Of a stretch of 64,000 nucleotides of DNA, positions 20,748-29,716 are shown piece after piece. How positions within the stretch are numbered: position 1 is the first letter of the stretch; every line of letters starts with the position of its first letter. The notes beneath the pieces are model-generated. The model saw only the letters and a program-made list of their open reading frames with translations, did no database searches and was not told the DNA's origin. The DNA is from a virus. Made by a program: the position numbers and the translations under genes. Where the stretch lies: positions 32,001-96,000 of IMG/VR virus record IMGVR_UViG_3300027798_000017, one strand, 5' to 3'.

Positions 20748-22973
20748 TTATCTCATGTTTTTAAATGGATTCCTAGGTTTCCTCATAAGTGCTGATTCTG
20801 CAGTATTTGTAGAATTGCCAATATGACGAAATGGACTCACTAATAAGTTACTATTTTTATTTGGGTTTTGCAAATGATCAGTGTTTTCATGCTCTGTGCG
20901 TTTTCCAAATCCTTTATTTGATTCTTGTACTTGTGCAAATGCGACTAACGCACAGAATGCTACCAAACGGTCAACGTTAAGTCCATCTCTGTATGCTTGC
21001 ATTTCTTTTAACAACATTAAATCAGGTATCCTTTCTACACCATATGTAACCTTTGTTATTGTTCCATCTGGTTTTGTTTCTGTATCAATCTCTTCTTCAA
21101 GAAATTGTATTGCATAAGATACAAGATTTGACTTAAACATTGTACCTGTATTTTTCCAACCATACTCTTGAAACACATTGTTATTACTACCCAGTTCTTT
21201 CAAGAACATGATTTGATTTTTAGGCACAAGGTATTTCTGTTTGCGTTTTGAAATCATGTATTGTATAAACAAATGAACGTTATTTTCAACAATGGTCCAC
21301 GCATTATAATACTGTATGATTAACTCAAGACGTTCATGTGTCTTCTTTAAGTCATCAAACCTACCACACCATGCAGCTACAATTTTATCACGTTCCATTC
21401 TTATCTCTACTGTTCCATCTTTTTTATGCACTTTTACTTCTTGTGAAGTTTTGTAAACAAAGATAGAACATAAAGATTCAGATGTAGTTGTTTTACCCTC
21501 TGACACAGGGTCAATAGATGCATAGTATGTTCCAAACTTAGGATTCTCAATTGGCTTCTCATAGATTATTATTGCACCTTCTTTATTCTCTGTTTTTGGA
21601 GAGATTGGAAATTCCATGATTGGAAGCTTACGCGTGAACTGTTGTATAATCTTATCATCTTCCCATATCAAATCAACATATTCTGTAGGATATTGTTTTT
21701 CCTCTATGCGTCTAATTTGCTGTGCTACAAGATGTTCTGGAAACCTTGCATCTTTTCTATAATCAAAAGCCTCTTTAATGTTAATAGGTTTCTGAGAAAT
21801 ACGCAATCTATAATCTTCAGGTTTAACTTTTTTCTTCCAGTCTTCACGCTCAAGCAGAATCATCTCTAATGCTTTCTCTACTTGTGAATTTCCATACTCA
21901 TCTATACATGGAAGCATTGACCATTGTTCTGGTATAAACAATCCACAAAATCCTCTAGTGCCTTTATCATCAAGCAGATCTGTTGCTACTGCAAGAACAT
22001 CTTTTGAGTCAGGGTTAAGTATTAATTCTTTTAAAGGTTCACATTGATCTAAATCACCTACAGAACCTGCCACTACAAACATACCTGTATACATCATACC
22101 AGATTTCATGGCTGGTAAAAGGTACTCTAAAGTAATGTTCATCTTTGGGGCAATTCCTGCTTCCTCATGAAAGAATAAAGTACATGGACCACCTACACCA
22201 TTTGTAGGATCTTTTTCAAGAACCAATCCAAATATAACTGACTTCAAACCAATATCCACCTTTCTACCTCCCTGTGTGGTTTCAGCTTTCTGTTCCCAGT
22301 TAAGAACCTTGTCTGGATTACATGGACGATACCATGCAGTATGTTTATTTAAAAAGTTACGATACTCTTCAAGAAAACGCCATGTACCTTTTTCATTGAT
22401 GTAATCTTTTAATGATCCTGCCATTTTGGATACAGAACCCTCTTCAAAATAAAACAGATTTGCAATCTTTCCTGAATGAAAATAAGAAGAAGCAATTTGA
22501 CGTTTCTTAAGAATAGCAGCATGTTTATTTTTTAACTTTGCTAACTCTTCATATAATGCCATGTGATACTGTGCATCACGCACATCAGCAAAAGTAAACT
22601 TATTTACTTCTTTATTATAGATTGGTAAAAAGTTTAACCACATATAGTAATCACGTGGTAAATACCAAGTCTTACTATTGTGTTTATATATTACTCCATT
22701 TCTGCATTTATTCTTTTCTGTATTCCAATATTCTACAAAGTCTTTTGAACGTTCTGGTGCAATACAATAAACTCTATCTTTATTAAACTTTCTACCTTCT
22801 GCATTAAAATTTACAGAGCATTCATCAAATTCATATTTGCCAGGTTCTTTAAATATGCTTTCAACATAATCAGCAAGATCTTCTTGTGTCTCAAAAGAAG
22901 TGTAACTCCACTCTTTAAGATTGCAATCGTATGTGGGTATCTCTCTATACATCTTAAAATTTTGGTCTATCAA
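20748..22973 (-). CDS. terL: Terminase large subunit
   Basis: Walker A-like LKKRQIASSY, Walker B FFHEEAG, nuclease ASIDPVSEG, IVENN, NVDRLVA. Confidence 0.85.
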   Translation of the reverse strand: MIDQNFKMYREIPTYDCNLKEWSYTSFETQEDLADYVESIFKEPGKYEFDECSVNFNAEGRKFNKDRVYCIAPERSKDFVEYWNTEKNKCRNGVIYKHNSKTWYLPRDYYMWLNFLPIYNKEVNKFTFADVRDAQYHMALYEELAKLKNKHAAILKKRQIASSYFHSGKIANLFYFEEGSVSKMAGSLKDYINEKGTWRFLEEYRNFLNKHTAWYRPCNPDKVLNWEQKAETTQGGRKVDIGLKSVIFGLVLEKDPTNGVGGPCTLFFHEEAGIAPKMNITLEYLLPAMKSGMMYTGMFVVAGSVGDLDQCEPLKELILNPDSKDVLAVATDLLDDKGTRGFCGLFIPEQWSMLPCIDEYGNSQVEKALEMILLEREDWKKKVKPEDYRLRISQKPINIKEAFDYRKDARFPEHLVAQQIRRIEEKQYPTEYVDLIWEDDKIIQQFTRKLPIMEFPISPKTENKEGAIIIYEKPIENPKFGTYYASIDPVSEGKTTTSESLCSIFVYKTSQEVKVHKKDGTVEIRMERDKIVAAWCGRFDDLKKTHERLELIIQYYNAWTIVENNVHLFIQYMISKRKQKYLVPKNQIMFLKELGSNNNVFQEYGWKNTGTMFKSNLVSYAIQFLEEEIDTETKPDGTITKVTYGVERIPDLMLLKEMQAYRDGLNVDRLVAFCALVAFAQVQESNKGFGKRTEHENTDHLQNPNKNSNLLVSPFRHIGNSTNTAESALMRKPRNPFKNMR

Positions 22974-23148
22974 CCAATAAAGTTACTGTTCTTCTGTCAG
23001 AAAAGTTCCAAGAAACATTTTTAACTACATAATTTTCTTTTCCAAGTTCTATCCAGTCGCCTTTTGAGGGCACACATGGTAAGTCTCTTTGTATTAACAG
23101 TCCTTCTGTTATGTGTTCTACTTTTACAAAAAACATAAATTGTTCCAT
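22954..23148 (-). CDS. Small hypothetical protein (start reassigned to MEQFMFF)
   Basis: The upstream part of the track ORF overlaps 23153..23668; ATG at 23148 follows that gene's stop. Confidence 0.5.
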   Translation of the reverse strand: MEQFMFFVKVEHITEGLLIQRDLPCVPSKGDWIELGKENYVVKNVSWNFSDRRTVTLLVDRPKF

Positions 23149-23152
23149 GGTT

Positions 23153-23668
23153 TTAGAATTGATCGTATGCAAGATTTTGTCCTCCTCTGACTGTGCTTTT
23201 TTGCTCTTCCATGAGGTCTTTATATGCTCCTTTATACGAGCCACGTATCTGTTCAAACTTTGCAGCTGCATTGACCAGCGGTGTGATATTACCATCACGA
23301 CCATGGTGTATTGGGGTATGTTCCATGTATGTAGCAAGGCGATCCAACATAGATTTGATACCCATGTAAGCCCTGTACGAAGGTGTTTCATACAACTTTT
23401 TGCAGAATTCCAAAGCAATAAAAATATCCTCATCTTCAGTAGAAAATTCTGCTTGAAGTTGTGTAAGTATAAGTTCTTCTTTTTCATGTGTACGTACATC
23501 AAAAAATGGATTGACATCAGGATTAGGACAAGTCATGTAGAACAAATACTGATAGATTTTTAAAAAATCATCAGGATACTTATCCATTATGTCTTTTAAA
23601 GCCTTGAGTGAATAACAGTGTTCTGTTGGTACTATTACACTATTTTGTATATCAAATAATTTAATCAT
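23153..23668 (-). CDS. Hypothetical protein, candidate terminase small subunit
   Basis: Upstream of TerL, helical, C-terminal VRGG motif. Confidence 0.45.
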   Translation of the reverse strand: MIKLFDIQNSVIVPTEHCYSLKALKDIMDKYPDDFLKIYQYLFYMTCPNPDVNPFFDVRTHEKEELILTQLQAEFSTEDEDIFIALEFCKKLYETPSYRAYMGIKSMLDRLATYMEHTPIHHGRDGNITPLVNAAAKFEQIRGSYKGAYKDLMEEQKSTVRGGQNLAYDQF

Positions 23669-24513
23669 TATTTTTTATTTTTTGAGAAATTTAATATCTC
23701 ATTTTTGTTATTTTTCAGCCATTCAAATAATGCAACAATTTCTTCTTTTAAATAGGGAAGTTCATAGGGTATTACTTCTTTGACAATTGGATCTCCTTGT
23801 GCAGTGCGACTGACAATTGGATAACCATATTCATCTTCTCCTTCTACTTCAAACACAACATGATGCAAGATCAAACTGCCTGGTTGTAGTTTTGGATTAT
23901 GTTTTTGAATCATATACATATATGCAGAAAGTTGTAATGCATAGTGAAAGTAGTTACAATCATCTAGATGTGAAAGAGGTTGATTTAATTTTTGAGAAAT
24001 TCCTTCCCAATTTACAAATGATTTTAGCTTAATCTCTTTGTTTGTCTTGTAATCAGTGATGTGTATTTTACCATGTGCAATTTCAACTAAGTCTGATTGA
24101 CCACAAACACCAACAGATCTAACATACACAAGATGCTCAGGATAAATACCAACAAGTAGCTTTTGCGAAGATGCTATTTTATATCCTTTATCATTTAGCA
24201 TTGGTCTAATAACTTGAAGATTAGAATTATGGCGATTGATAGTATCACATGATACTATGTCATGTTCACGTTGATCATGATACCATGTTCCTAAATCTGT
24301 TGCACGCTTGGCTTCAGCTTTCCATATTTCTTGTATTTTATCTGGTGGGATACCTTGCCACTTCTTGCTACTTTTAGAACTTTTTTTTGATATTGATTTT
24401 GCGTCAAAAGGTTGCTTGAAAAAACTTATTAAGGTTGTGACACTTATCCAGTTTGTTTTATCATTAGGATCAAGTGAAGTATATTTATGATGCTCTGGTT
24501 CAAATGTTAACAT
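23668..24513 (-). CDS. PD-(D/E)XK (Cas4-like) nuclease
   Basis: SVTTLI, GTWYH, CGQSDLV, ITDYKTN, YALQLSAY. Confidence 0.75.
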   Translation of the reverse strand: MLTFEPEHHKYTSLDPNDKTNWISVTTLISFFKQPFDAKSISKKSSKSSKKWQGIPPDKIQEIWKAEAKRATDLGTWYHDQREHDIVSCDTINRHNSNLQVIRPMLNDKGYKIASSQKLLVGIYPEHLVYVRSVGVCGQSDLVEIAHGKIHITDYKTNKEIKLKSFVNWEGISQKLNQPLSHLDDCNYFHYALQLSAYMYMIQKHNPKLQPGSLILHHVVFEVEGEDEYGYPIVSRTAQGDPIVKEVIPYELPYLKEEIVALFEWLKNNKNEILNFSKNKK

Positions 24514-24515
24514 AC

Positions 24516-24821
24516 TTAATCTTTTATACTGTTAATAATAGCTTCTTCTTCTTCTTCTGAAGTGACAGCATCCCATTTTCCTTTTGGACATTCTGATGAT
24601 AAAGATCGTGTTTTAAATGATAATTTGCAACCACAATCCCCACAGCATGGCTGCGTGCCAGGCATGTAGCATTTAGAACCTTCCTTATCAATAAAAAAAC
24701 AATCCTCACATATAAGCATTCTTGATCTAGCAATTTCTTCAATATGCTCTTGCTTGAAGATGCTGTTTTTCACGCCTTCAAATATCTTTCCTTTTTGTTT
24801 CCACAGGTTTATTAGACTCAT
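24516..24821 (-). CDS. Cys-rich Zn-binding small protein
   Basis: RMLICEDC...CCGDCGC.L..KTR....CPKGKW; start reassigned to MSLINLW. Confidence 0.6.
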   Translation of the reverse strand: MSLINLWKQKGKIFEGVKNSIFKQEHIEEIARSRMLICEDCFFIDKEGSKCYMPGTQPCCGDCGCKLSFKTRSLSSECPKGKWDAVTSEEEEEAIINSIKD

Positions 24822-25206
24822 AATTTTTAAGTTTATAAATTTGTTTTTCGTTGTTCTTTGTAATCTTTTTATCATCCATTTCATCAAGCATTTCAATCAT
24901 ACTTTTAAATTTCAAGATGTCTTCTTTTAGTTCTTTGATTGATTTGAATTGTGATAGATTTGGTTCAATAATATCTTCCAATTTTGCAAGTGCTTTTTCA
25001 TATATCATTAACTTGTTTTCTAACTTGTTACGTTTAATAAAAAAAGTACCCAGAAATCCTACAGAAATTTGTGGATAAGCTAAATTACTAAGTTGTCTTT
25101 GAATAGAATTATAATAACATGATATTATTTCATCAACTGTCTCAACAGATAAATTTAACTTTTCTGCAACTTTTTCAGAAATCTGTTTACGTTTAACTGG
25201 TCGCAA
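24778..25206 (-). CDS. IHF/HU-like DNA-binding protein
   Basis: ISEKVAEKLNLS.ETVDEII...ISVGFLGTF matches the HU fold. Confidence 0.65.
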   Translation of the reverse strand: MRPVKRKQISEKVAEKLNLSVETVDEIISCYYNSIQRQLSNLAYPQISVGFLGTFFIKRNKLENKLMIYEKALAKLEDIIEPNLSQFKSIKELKEDILKFKSMIEMLDEMDDKKITKNNEKQIYKLKNYESNKPVETKRKDI

Positions 25207-25582
25207 GTGCTAGAAATTTGTAGTCCAACATTACATTACCAGACTTTAAAACAGGAACTGACATAGCAATTTCTATTGTCTTTTTATATGCCTCAGATTT
25301 GCGTATCATACCACGTTTCTCAAGTTTAGTTAACTTATTACGTATGTTCTGCGCCCTTACTCCAAATTCTTCTGGGTTTATTTCAGGATATGTTTTCTTA
25401 ACCACAGTGTTACAAAACTTAGTTAAATCAATAGGTCCTTCAAGTGCCAAAAGCGTAAGTAGTTCCAGATCAGTGTCAATAAGATTCTCTTTCTTAAAGA
25501 ACACAAACTCAGTTATGACCTGATATTTAACCAGGTCATAATGAGTCAATCTGTACTTTTTTTCAACTTTACTTACTTCCAT
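25193..25582 (-). CDS. Winged-helix-like DNA-binding protein
   Basis: DLELLTLLA...AQNIRNKLTKLEKRGMI; start reassigned to MEVSKV. Confidence 0.5.
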   Translation of the reverse strand: MEVSKVEKKYRLTHYDLVKYQVITEFVFFKKENLIDTDLELLTLLALEGPIDLTKFCNTVVKKTYPEINPEEFGVRAQNIRNKLTKLEKRGMIRKSEAYKKTIEIAMSVPVLKSGNVMLDYKFLALATS

Positions 25583-25919
25583 CTTCTGTAAAAGTAAGCA
25601 CCTTAACAACATTCATCTGCGCATTGATAATCTCACCAAGAGCATGGTTCATCAAAAATTCTTTGTTTGTGGTCAAGCTTCCATCATGCATGCAATTCTC
25701 GCGATGCTTTTCAATTACATCAATCAAGTACGCACACGCGCGTTTTACTGTGTCAACATCATTATCTCTAGATGGATTAAAATTAATGCCAACCAACTTC
25801 TCTCCACGACTCTCTGTGGAAACTTTTGACATGTCTATTAGTTGTTCATCAACAATTGTTGGTTGTTCTAATGTTGGTTTTTCATTAATTGTTTCTAGGT
25901 TTTTTTCTTCTGTATTCAT
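25569..25919 (-). CDS. Acb2/Tad1-like helical-hairpin protein (putative immune-signal sponge)
   Basis: GEKLVGINFNPS....VD.VKR.CA.LID...AL.EIINAQMNVVKVLT resembles the Acb2/Tad1 hairpin family. Confidence 0.5.
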   Translation of the reverse strand: MNTEEKNLETINEKPTLEQPTIVDEQLIDMSKVSTESRGEKLVGINFNPSRDNDVDTVKRACAYLIDVIEKHRENCMHDGSLTTNKEFLMNHALGEIINAQMNVVKVLTFTEDGSK

Positions 25920-25937
25920 CTTATTTGATTTTTAAGT

Positions 25938-26213
25938 TTACCATACAATTGCAATGTCAAATTCTGCAATCATCATTTTTGTATCACCATCCACAGGTAT
26001 ACGTTCTGCATTCTGTAAAGCAGAAGAAGGTACATAAACCTTGTCACCTGATTTTACAGTTTCCACATCTTCTCCTGTTTCAAAGACTTCAAGTGCTATC
26101 CACTTATCTATCATCTTCATTTCTAACTCACGCTCTGTCTCTGGAGTCAACTCAATAATTGACTCTGGTCTTTTTGGTACGTTTAATAAAACGCGTCTTC
26201 CTACTAACTTCAT
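25938..26213 (-). CDS. GroES-like co-chaperonin
   Basis: MKLVGRRVLL...V.ETGEDVETVKSGDKV...MIAEFDIAIV. Confidence 0.7.
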   Translation of the reverse strand: MKLVGRRVLLNVPKRPESIIELTPETERELEMKMIDKWIALEVFETGEDVETVKSGDKVYVPSSALQNAERIPVDGDTKMMIAEFDIAIVW

Positions 26214-26224
26214 ACTTTAAACTT

Positions 26225-26452
26225 TTAAGATTTAATATTTTCTGGTGATTCATCTTCTTCTTCAGCAATGTTCTCACTAGCTGTTTTAATGTTAGCAATC
26301 ATCACCATGTGTTGCAAACGTTGTGACTCATAACCTGTCGCACGTGCTTGTTGCTCTGCAAGATCAGCACGCAACGTTGCCAATTCAAGTTGGTCTTTGT
26401 ACCAAGCTACTACATCTTCGCGTGATACATCTTTTGTTTCTTCTTCTACCAT
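26225..26452 (-). CDS. Hypothetical coiled-coil protein
   Basis: First gene after the minus-strand TATATTTG element. Confidence 0.55.
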   Translation of the reverse strand: MVEEETKDVSREDVVAWYKDQLELATLRADLAEQQARATGYESQRLQHMVMIANIKTASENIAEEEDESPENIKS

Positions 26453-26474
26453 AAAAATTTTATTAAAGTTTTGA

Positions 26475-26482
26475 CAAATATA
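26475..26482 (-). promoter_or_regulatory. Bacteroidota sigma -7 element (TAnnTTTG)
   Basis: TATATTTG on the minus strand. The same pattern occurs intergenically at 549-556(-), 43710(+), 47714(+), 48715(+), 51617-51624(-), 52394(+) and 56718(+). Confidence 0.55.
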
Positions 26483-26534
26483 CTTAAAAGTTTAAACTAA
26501 ACAAATTTATATTATCTTTATCAAAACTATTAAT

Positions 26535-27029
26535 ATGTATGTATCACGTGATTTAGAATGGACAGTACTCAAATCTTTTTGTAGAGGTTTAGAAAAACTT
26601 GACACCCACCCAAGTAATACACTTGTAGTCATAGTAAGTCCAGATTACAGCGCAACAGTAGGAATGCATGCAGCACATCATTTGAGTAAAGATGGTGAAA
26701 TGCTAGATATAACCTTCATTGACGTACCATACCCAGATGAGGACAAAAACATTTACATAAAGCAAATGCTAGATCAAACAAGCTCTATGGGTATTCGTAA
26801 ATTTCAAAAATACAAAAACGTAATCCTCATAGAAGCAGGTGTGATTACTGGTAAGAACTATACATGGATCACAGAATGCTTAGAAGTGGCTGGTATAGAT
26901 TACTACACAGCGGCATTGTTTGAAAACATAGATAGTATCTATAAATCAGATGTAGTAGGAAGATACTACAAACACTCAGATCGCGAACTAGAATTCTATT
27001 GGGAAAAACCTAATAACCACTGGTCATAA
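26535..27029 (+). CDS. Phosphoribosyltransferase-fold protein
   Basis: NVILIEAGVITGKNY resembles the PRPP-binding loop; C-terminal FYWE. Confidence 0.55.
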   Translation: MYVSRDLEWTVLKSFCRGLEKLDTHPSNTLVVIVSPDYSATVGMHAAHHLSKDGEMLDITFIDVPYPDEDKNIYIKQMLDQTSSMGIRKFQKYKNVILIEAGVITGKNYTWITECLEVAGIDYYTAALFENIDSIYKSDVVGRYYKHSDRELEFYWEKPNNHWS

Positions 27030-27066
27030 AAAAAAGGGGTAGCATCAGCAACTACCCCCTTTCCTC
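27029..27066. terminator. Bidirectional terminator between convergent genes
   Basis: A-tract, ggggtag-catcagcaa-ctacccc, T-tract. Confidence 0.65.
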
Positions 27067-27079
27067 TTTCTAGAGTAAA

Positions 27080-27985
27080 TTACCTATCAACATCAACTAC
27101 AGGAACTGGCGCCACATAGTCATACAAGCGAATCTCAAAGTCAAATCTCAATCCTATCTTTGTATCAACTACAGGAATGTAAATTTTACCATCTTCTGAA
27201 TTAACAAATTCTGACAAGTATGCTGAACCTGCATCAAGGCTACGATAAACCCCTGCCAATGGAGATGACCATACTGTGTAATTTCTAAAATCAACACCTT
27301 CTAATACAAGAAATGATTGATCCATCTCAAGATCTGTATACGTACTAAAATTAAGTACTGGAAATGTAGAATCATAAATTCTAGTATCCATGTTAAGTAG
27401 AGTTATATTTCCATAGTAATATTCTACATTTTCAGTAACAAGCTCAGGATCAACAGAAATATAATCAAACATGTCATCACCTGTAAGCACAGATGGTCCA
27501 CCAATATATTCAAATCCTTTATTAAAACTTGCAAGTGCACTATCTGCAAGAAATACCCATTTGTAAAATTCTGCATCACTATACTTCCTAACAATATCAC
27601 TAATATCTTTGGATAAGTTTTCATGTAAAACGCTTCCATTCCAAACGTCAGGAGTTTCACCAGTAGCAGTGAACACTACCCCAACAGCATTCTCAGCAGC
27701 ACCTACATTAGTAAAATCATCACCTTCTTCTAAATAGTCAATAATATACTTCTGACCAATAACAAGAGAACTACCACTATTAATACCATCGTTATTAGAA
27801 GCTTGTCCTAAGATGTTAAATAATACTCTACCACGAGCATTATAATCTGTGTCAATACCAGTAGCTAAATCAATTTGTGACAACGCATAGTTTACGTGGC
27901 CAACTGCACCATCTCTACGATCTGCTTCAGTAGCAGAAAACCCAGAGAAGTCTACATTAATTAAGTTAATTTTTTGTGTTTTCAT
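27080..27985 (-). CDS. Acidic hypothetical (probable virion) protein
   Basis: LVIGQKYII...DDFTNVGA..N.VGVVFTATG module seen in phage tail proteins. Confidence 0.5.
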   Translation of the reverse strand: MKTQKINLINVDFSGFSATEADRRDGAVGHVNYALSQIDLATGIDTDYNARGRVLFNILGQASNNDGINSGSSLVIGQKYIIDYLEEGDDFTNVGAAENAVGVVFTATGETPDVWNGSVLHENLSKDISDIVRKYSDAEFYKWVFLADSALASFNKGFEYIGGPSVLTGDDMFDYISVDPELVTENVEYYYGNITLLNMDTRIYDSTFPVLNFSTYTDLEMDQSFLVLEGVDFRNYTVWSSPLAGVYRSLDAGSAYLSEFVNSEDGKIYIPVVDTKIGLRFDFEIRLYDYVAPVPVVDVDR

Positions 27986-28122
27986 TGCGCAATGTGTTTA
28001 TGTTTACACTATAAGTTACAAAAAAAAATTTCTATATAAAAATTTTTCAAGTACTGAAATTTCTCTGAGGAAGAGATTATGGGTACTGTCTATGCTACAG
28101 CTCCCCCAGTCCACGCCAGAAC

Positions 28123-28146
28123 ACAGCACCCCCCATGATATCCAGG
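28123..28146 (+). promoter_or_regulatory. Repeated ACAGCAMCCCCCA motif, copy 1 (candidate early promoter)
   Basis: ACAGCACCCCCCATGATATCCAGG; related copies at 28723 and 30376, partial copy at 28097. Confidence 0.5.
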
Positions 28147-28162
28147 ACAAAAAACCTATACA

Positions 28163-28252
28163 ATGTACAAAACATACTACATTGCAGGAGTACAAATCAT
28201 TGCATTGTCTCTGTCAGAAGCATACGCTTACTACAGAAACAACTGCATGTGA
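28163..28252 (+). CDS. 29-aa microprotein (not in the ORF track)
   Basis: MYKTYYIAGVQIIALSLSEAYAYYRNNCM; similar to the 42883..42978 peptide. Confidence 0.5.
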   Translation: MYKTYYIAGVQIIALSLSEAYAYYRNNCM

Positions 28253-28374
28253 TTTCAAAGACTTGGTGGGATGCCAAGTGCCTGCGCAGGACGAGCCACA
28301 GGGAGACTAATCATCTCTCTGTGATACTCTATTAACTGTTGTCCTACTCTCTTACGTACATGATTACTCATGAT

Positions 28375-28450
28375 AGGCATTAGCATTGTGGCCATTAGAA
28401 TTACAATGCACATTTTAATTTAGAACCTTGTGGTACTTCAGGTCAACCAC
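28375..28450 (+). repeat. Structured leader repeat, copy 1
   Basis: Aligns with 28744-28813; hairpin with compensatory changes. Confidence 0.7.
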
Positions 28451-28459
28451 ACCTATGTT

Positions 28460-28717
28460 ATGCGAGTTATAATCACAAACCCAACAGTAGTCCTTGATCA
28501 CATCACTGATGATAAGGCCTATGGCATTCTAGAGTTACATGACTTAAGTAACTCACTTACGATGCAGATCAAAGGTTCAATAGACATCCTTGAAAGACTC
28601 ATCAGTTCTACTCCAACATTCAAGAGCAGAATTGATGGCAAGGAGTTTCACTACCTGCGCAATGCTGAATTGCAGTATGACAAGCATGGTGATGTAGAGT
28701 GGATACAAGTTATCTAA
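28460..28717 (+). CDS. Hypothetical early protein
   Basis: ATG at 28460 right after leader repeat 1. Confidence 0.55.
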   Translation: MRVIITNPTVVLDHITDDKAYGILELHDLSNSLTMQIKGSIDILERLISSTPTFKSRIDGKEFHYLRNAELQYDKHGDVEWIQVI

Positions 28718-28722
28718 CAAAT

Positions 28723-28813
28723 ACAGCAACCCCCAAGATATTCAGGCATACGTACTATGGCCTTTAGAATTATAGTACACAATTTTAATTTAACCTTTTG
28801 GTGCAGGTCAACC
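28723..28813 (+). repeat. ACAGCAACCCCCA motif copy 2 plus structured leader repeat copy 2
   Basis: Direct sequence comparison with 28123-28146 and 28375-28450. Confidence 0.7.
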
Positions 28814-28825
28814 ATTCCCACGATT

Positions 28826-29317
28826 ATGGCAACAAACGCTGTAACTATCAAAGCTAATACTAAGGGAGTATTAGTTAACGTCTATGCTACTAACAAGGAG
28901 TATGGATACATTGTTCTGGAAACCGTAGCTACTGTCTTTGATGGCGGTTGGATACGTGATTCTAAACGCACCTGCCTCATGAGAGGTACAGTTGAGCGTT
29001 TGGAGAAATTGGTCGCTGCAACCAAGTCTCTTCCAGGACGCATTGCAGTGCGCGAGTATTTGGAGGATGAAATTCCTGCAGATGTGGCTAAAGCCAACTT
29101 GCGTGATGACGTGACGTTTGACGAGGCTATTGAGCCATATGTTAAACGCGCAGGTCAGGATGGCGTGCTACTCACTAGAGGTGGCAAACGCATTGTGAGA
29201 TTCTGTGAGTATGATGGCGCTGCTATCATTACTGACATGACCATCTCTCATGACAATGTCGCTGAGGTGACTGCTTCCAAAGCAGGTGGTGTTAAGAAAG
29301 AGGACGCACCATTCTAA
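28826..29317 (+). CDS. Putative SSB-like protein, paralog A
   Basis: Start MATNAV; C-terminal EDAPF like SSB acidic tips; paralog of 30421..30918. Confidence 0.45.
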   Translation: MATNAVTIKANTKGVLVNVYATNKEYGYIVLETVATVFDGGWIRDSKRTCLMRGTVERLEKLVAATKSLPGRIAVREYLEDEIPADVAKANLRDDVTFDEAIEPYVKRAGQDGVLLTRGGKRIVRFCEYDGAAIITDMTISHDNVAEVTASKAGGVKKEDAPF

Positions 29318-29326
29318 ACAGTCCTA

Positions 29327-29362
29327 TGAGAGGCACGTCAAATAGGCGTGCTTCTCTTTTAT
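29327..29362 (+). terminator. Intrinsic terminator
   Basis: gagaggcacgtc-aaata-ggcgtgcttctc followed by T-tract. Confidence 0.7.
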
Positions 29363-29383
29363 TAATCTTTAAAACAAATTACT

Positions 29384-29716
29384 ATGTGTAAGTACAATTT
29401 TACATTCATGGACTCACAACCTCTTGCAGAGTTCATGAAAGATAAGCAGATACAAAATATGTTTCTGCATGAGGAGTCAGATGGCGTTAGATACGCTATT
29501 GGCAATATGAAGAATGGACGCTATGTTGTCATTCCTCTTGCCTCCACAGTATCAGGTCTACACCTGAATCTGAATGTGTGCTGGGTTACTAATCCAAAAC
29601 ACAAGAGTCATCCACGTGAGTTTGTTCTACTATGTAGAAGCAAGTTCACTGAGGTACATGACTCTGAACTATCTGAGTCTGTTTCTGTCACCCTTAAAAA
29701 CTATGGCAAGGTATGA
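29384..29716 (+). CDS. Hypothetical early protein
   Basis: ORF with AT-rich leader. Confidence 0.55.
   Translation: MCKYNFTFMDSQPLAEFMKDKQIQNMFLHEESDGVRYAIGNMKNGRYVVIPLASTVSGLHLNLNVCWVTNPKHKSHPREFVLLCRSKFTEVHDSELSESVSVTLKNYGKV

Noticed and set aside
20748-22973. Introns or inteins in TerL (also checked MCP and PolB)
   Set aside because: Uninterrupted ORFs of expected size with no splicing motifs
23149-23517. N-terminal extension of track ORF 22954..23517
   Set aside because: Out-of-frame overlap with 23153..23668; the real start is probably 23148
23668-24513. CRISPR-Cas system suggested by the Cas4-like nuclease
   Set aside because: No repeat-spacer array or other cas genes seen; standalone PD-(D/E)XK nucleases are normal next to TerL
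28092-28335. Track ORFs 28092..28310 and 28135..28335
   Set aside because: They overlap the promoter-like motifs and hairpins; the 28163 micro-ORF has a paralog and is preferred
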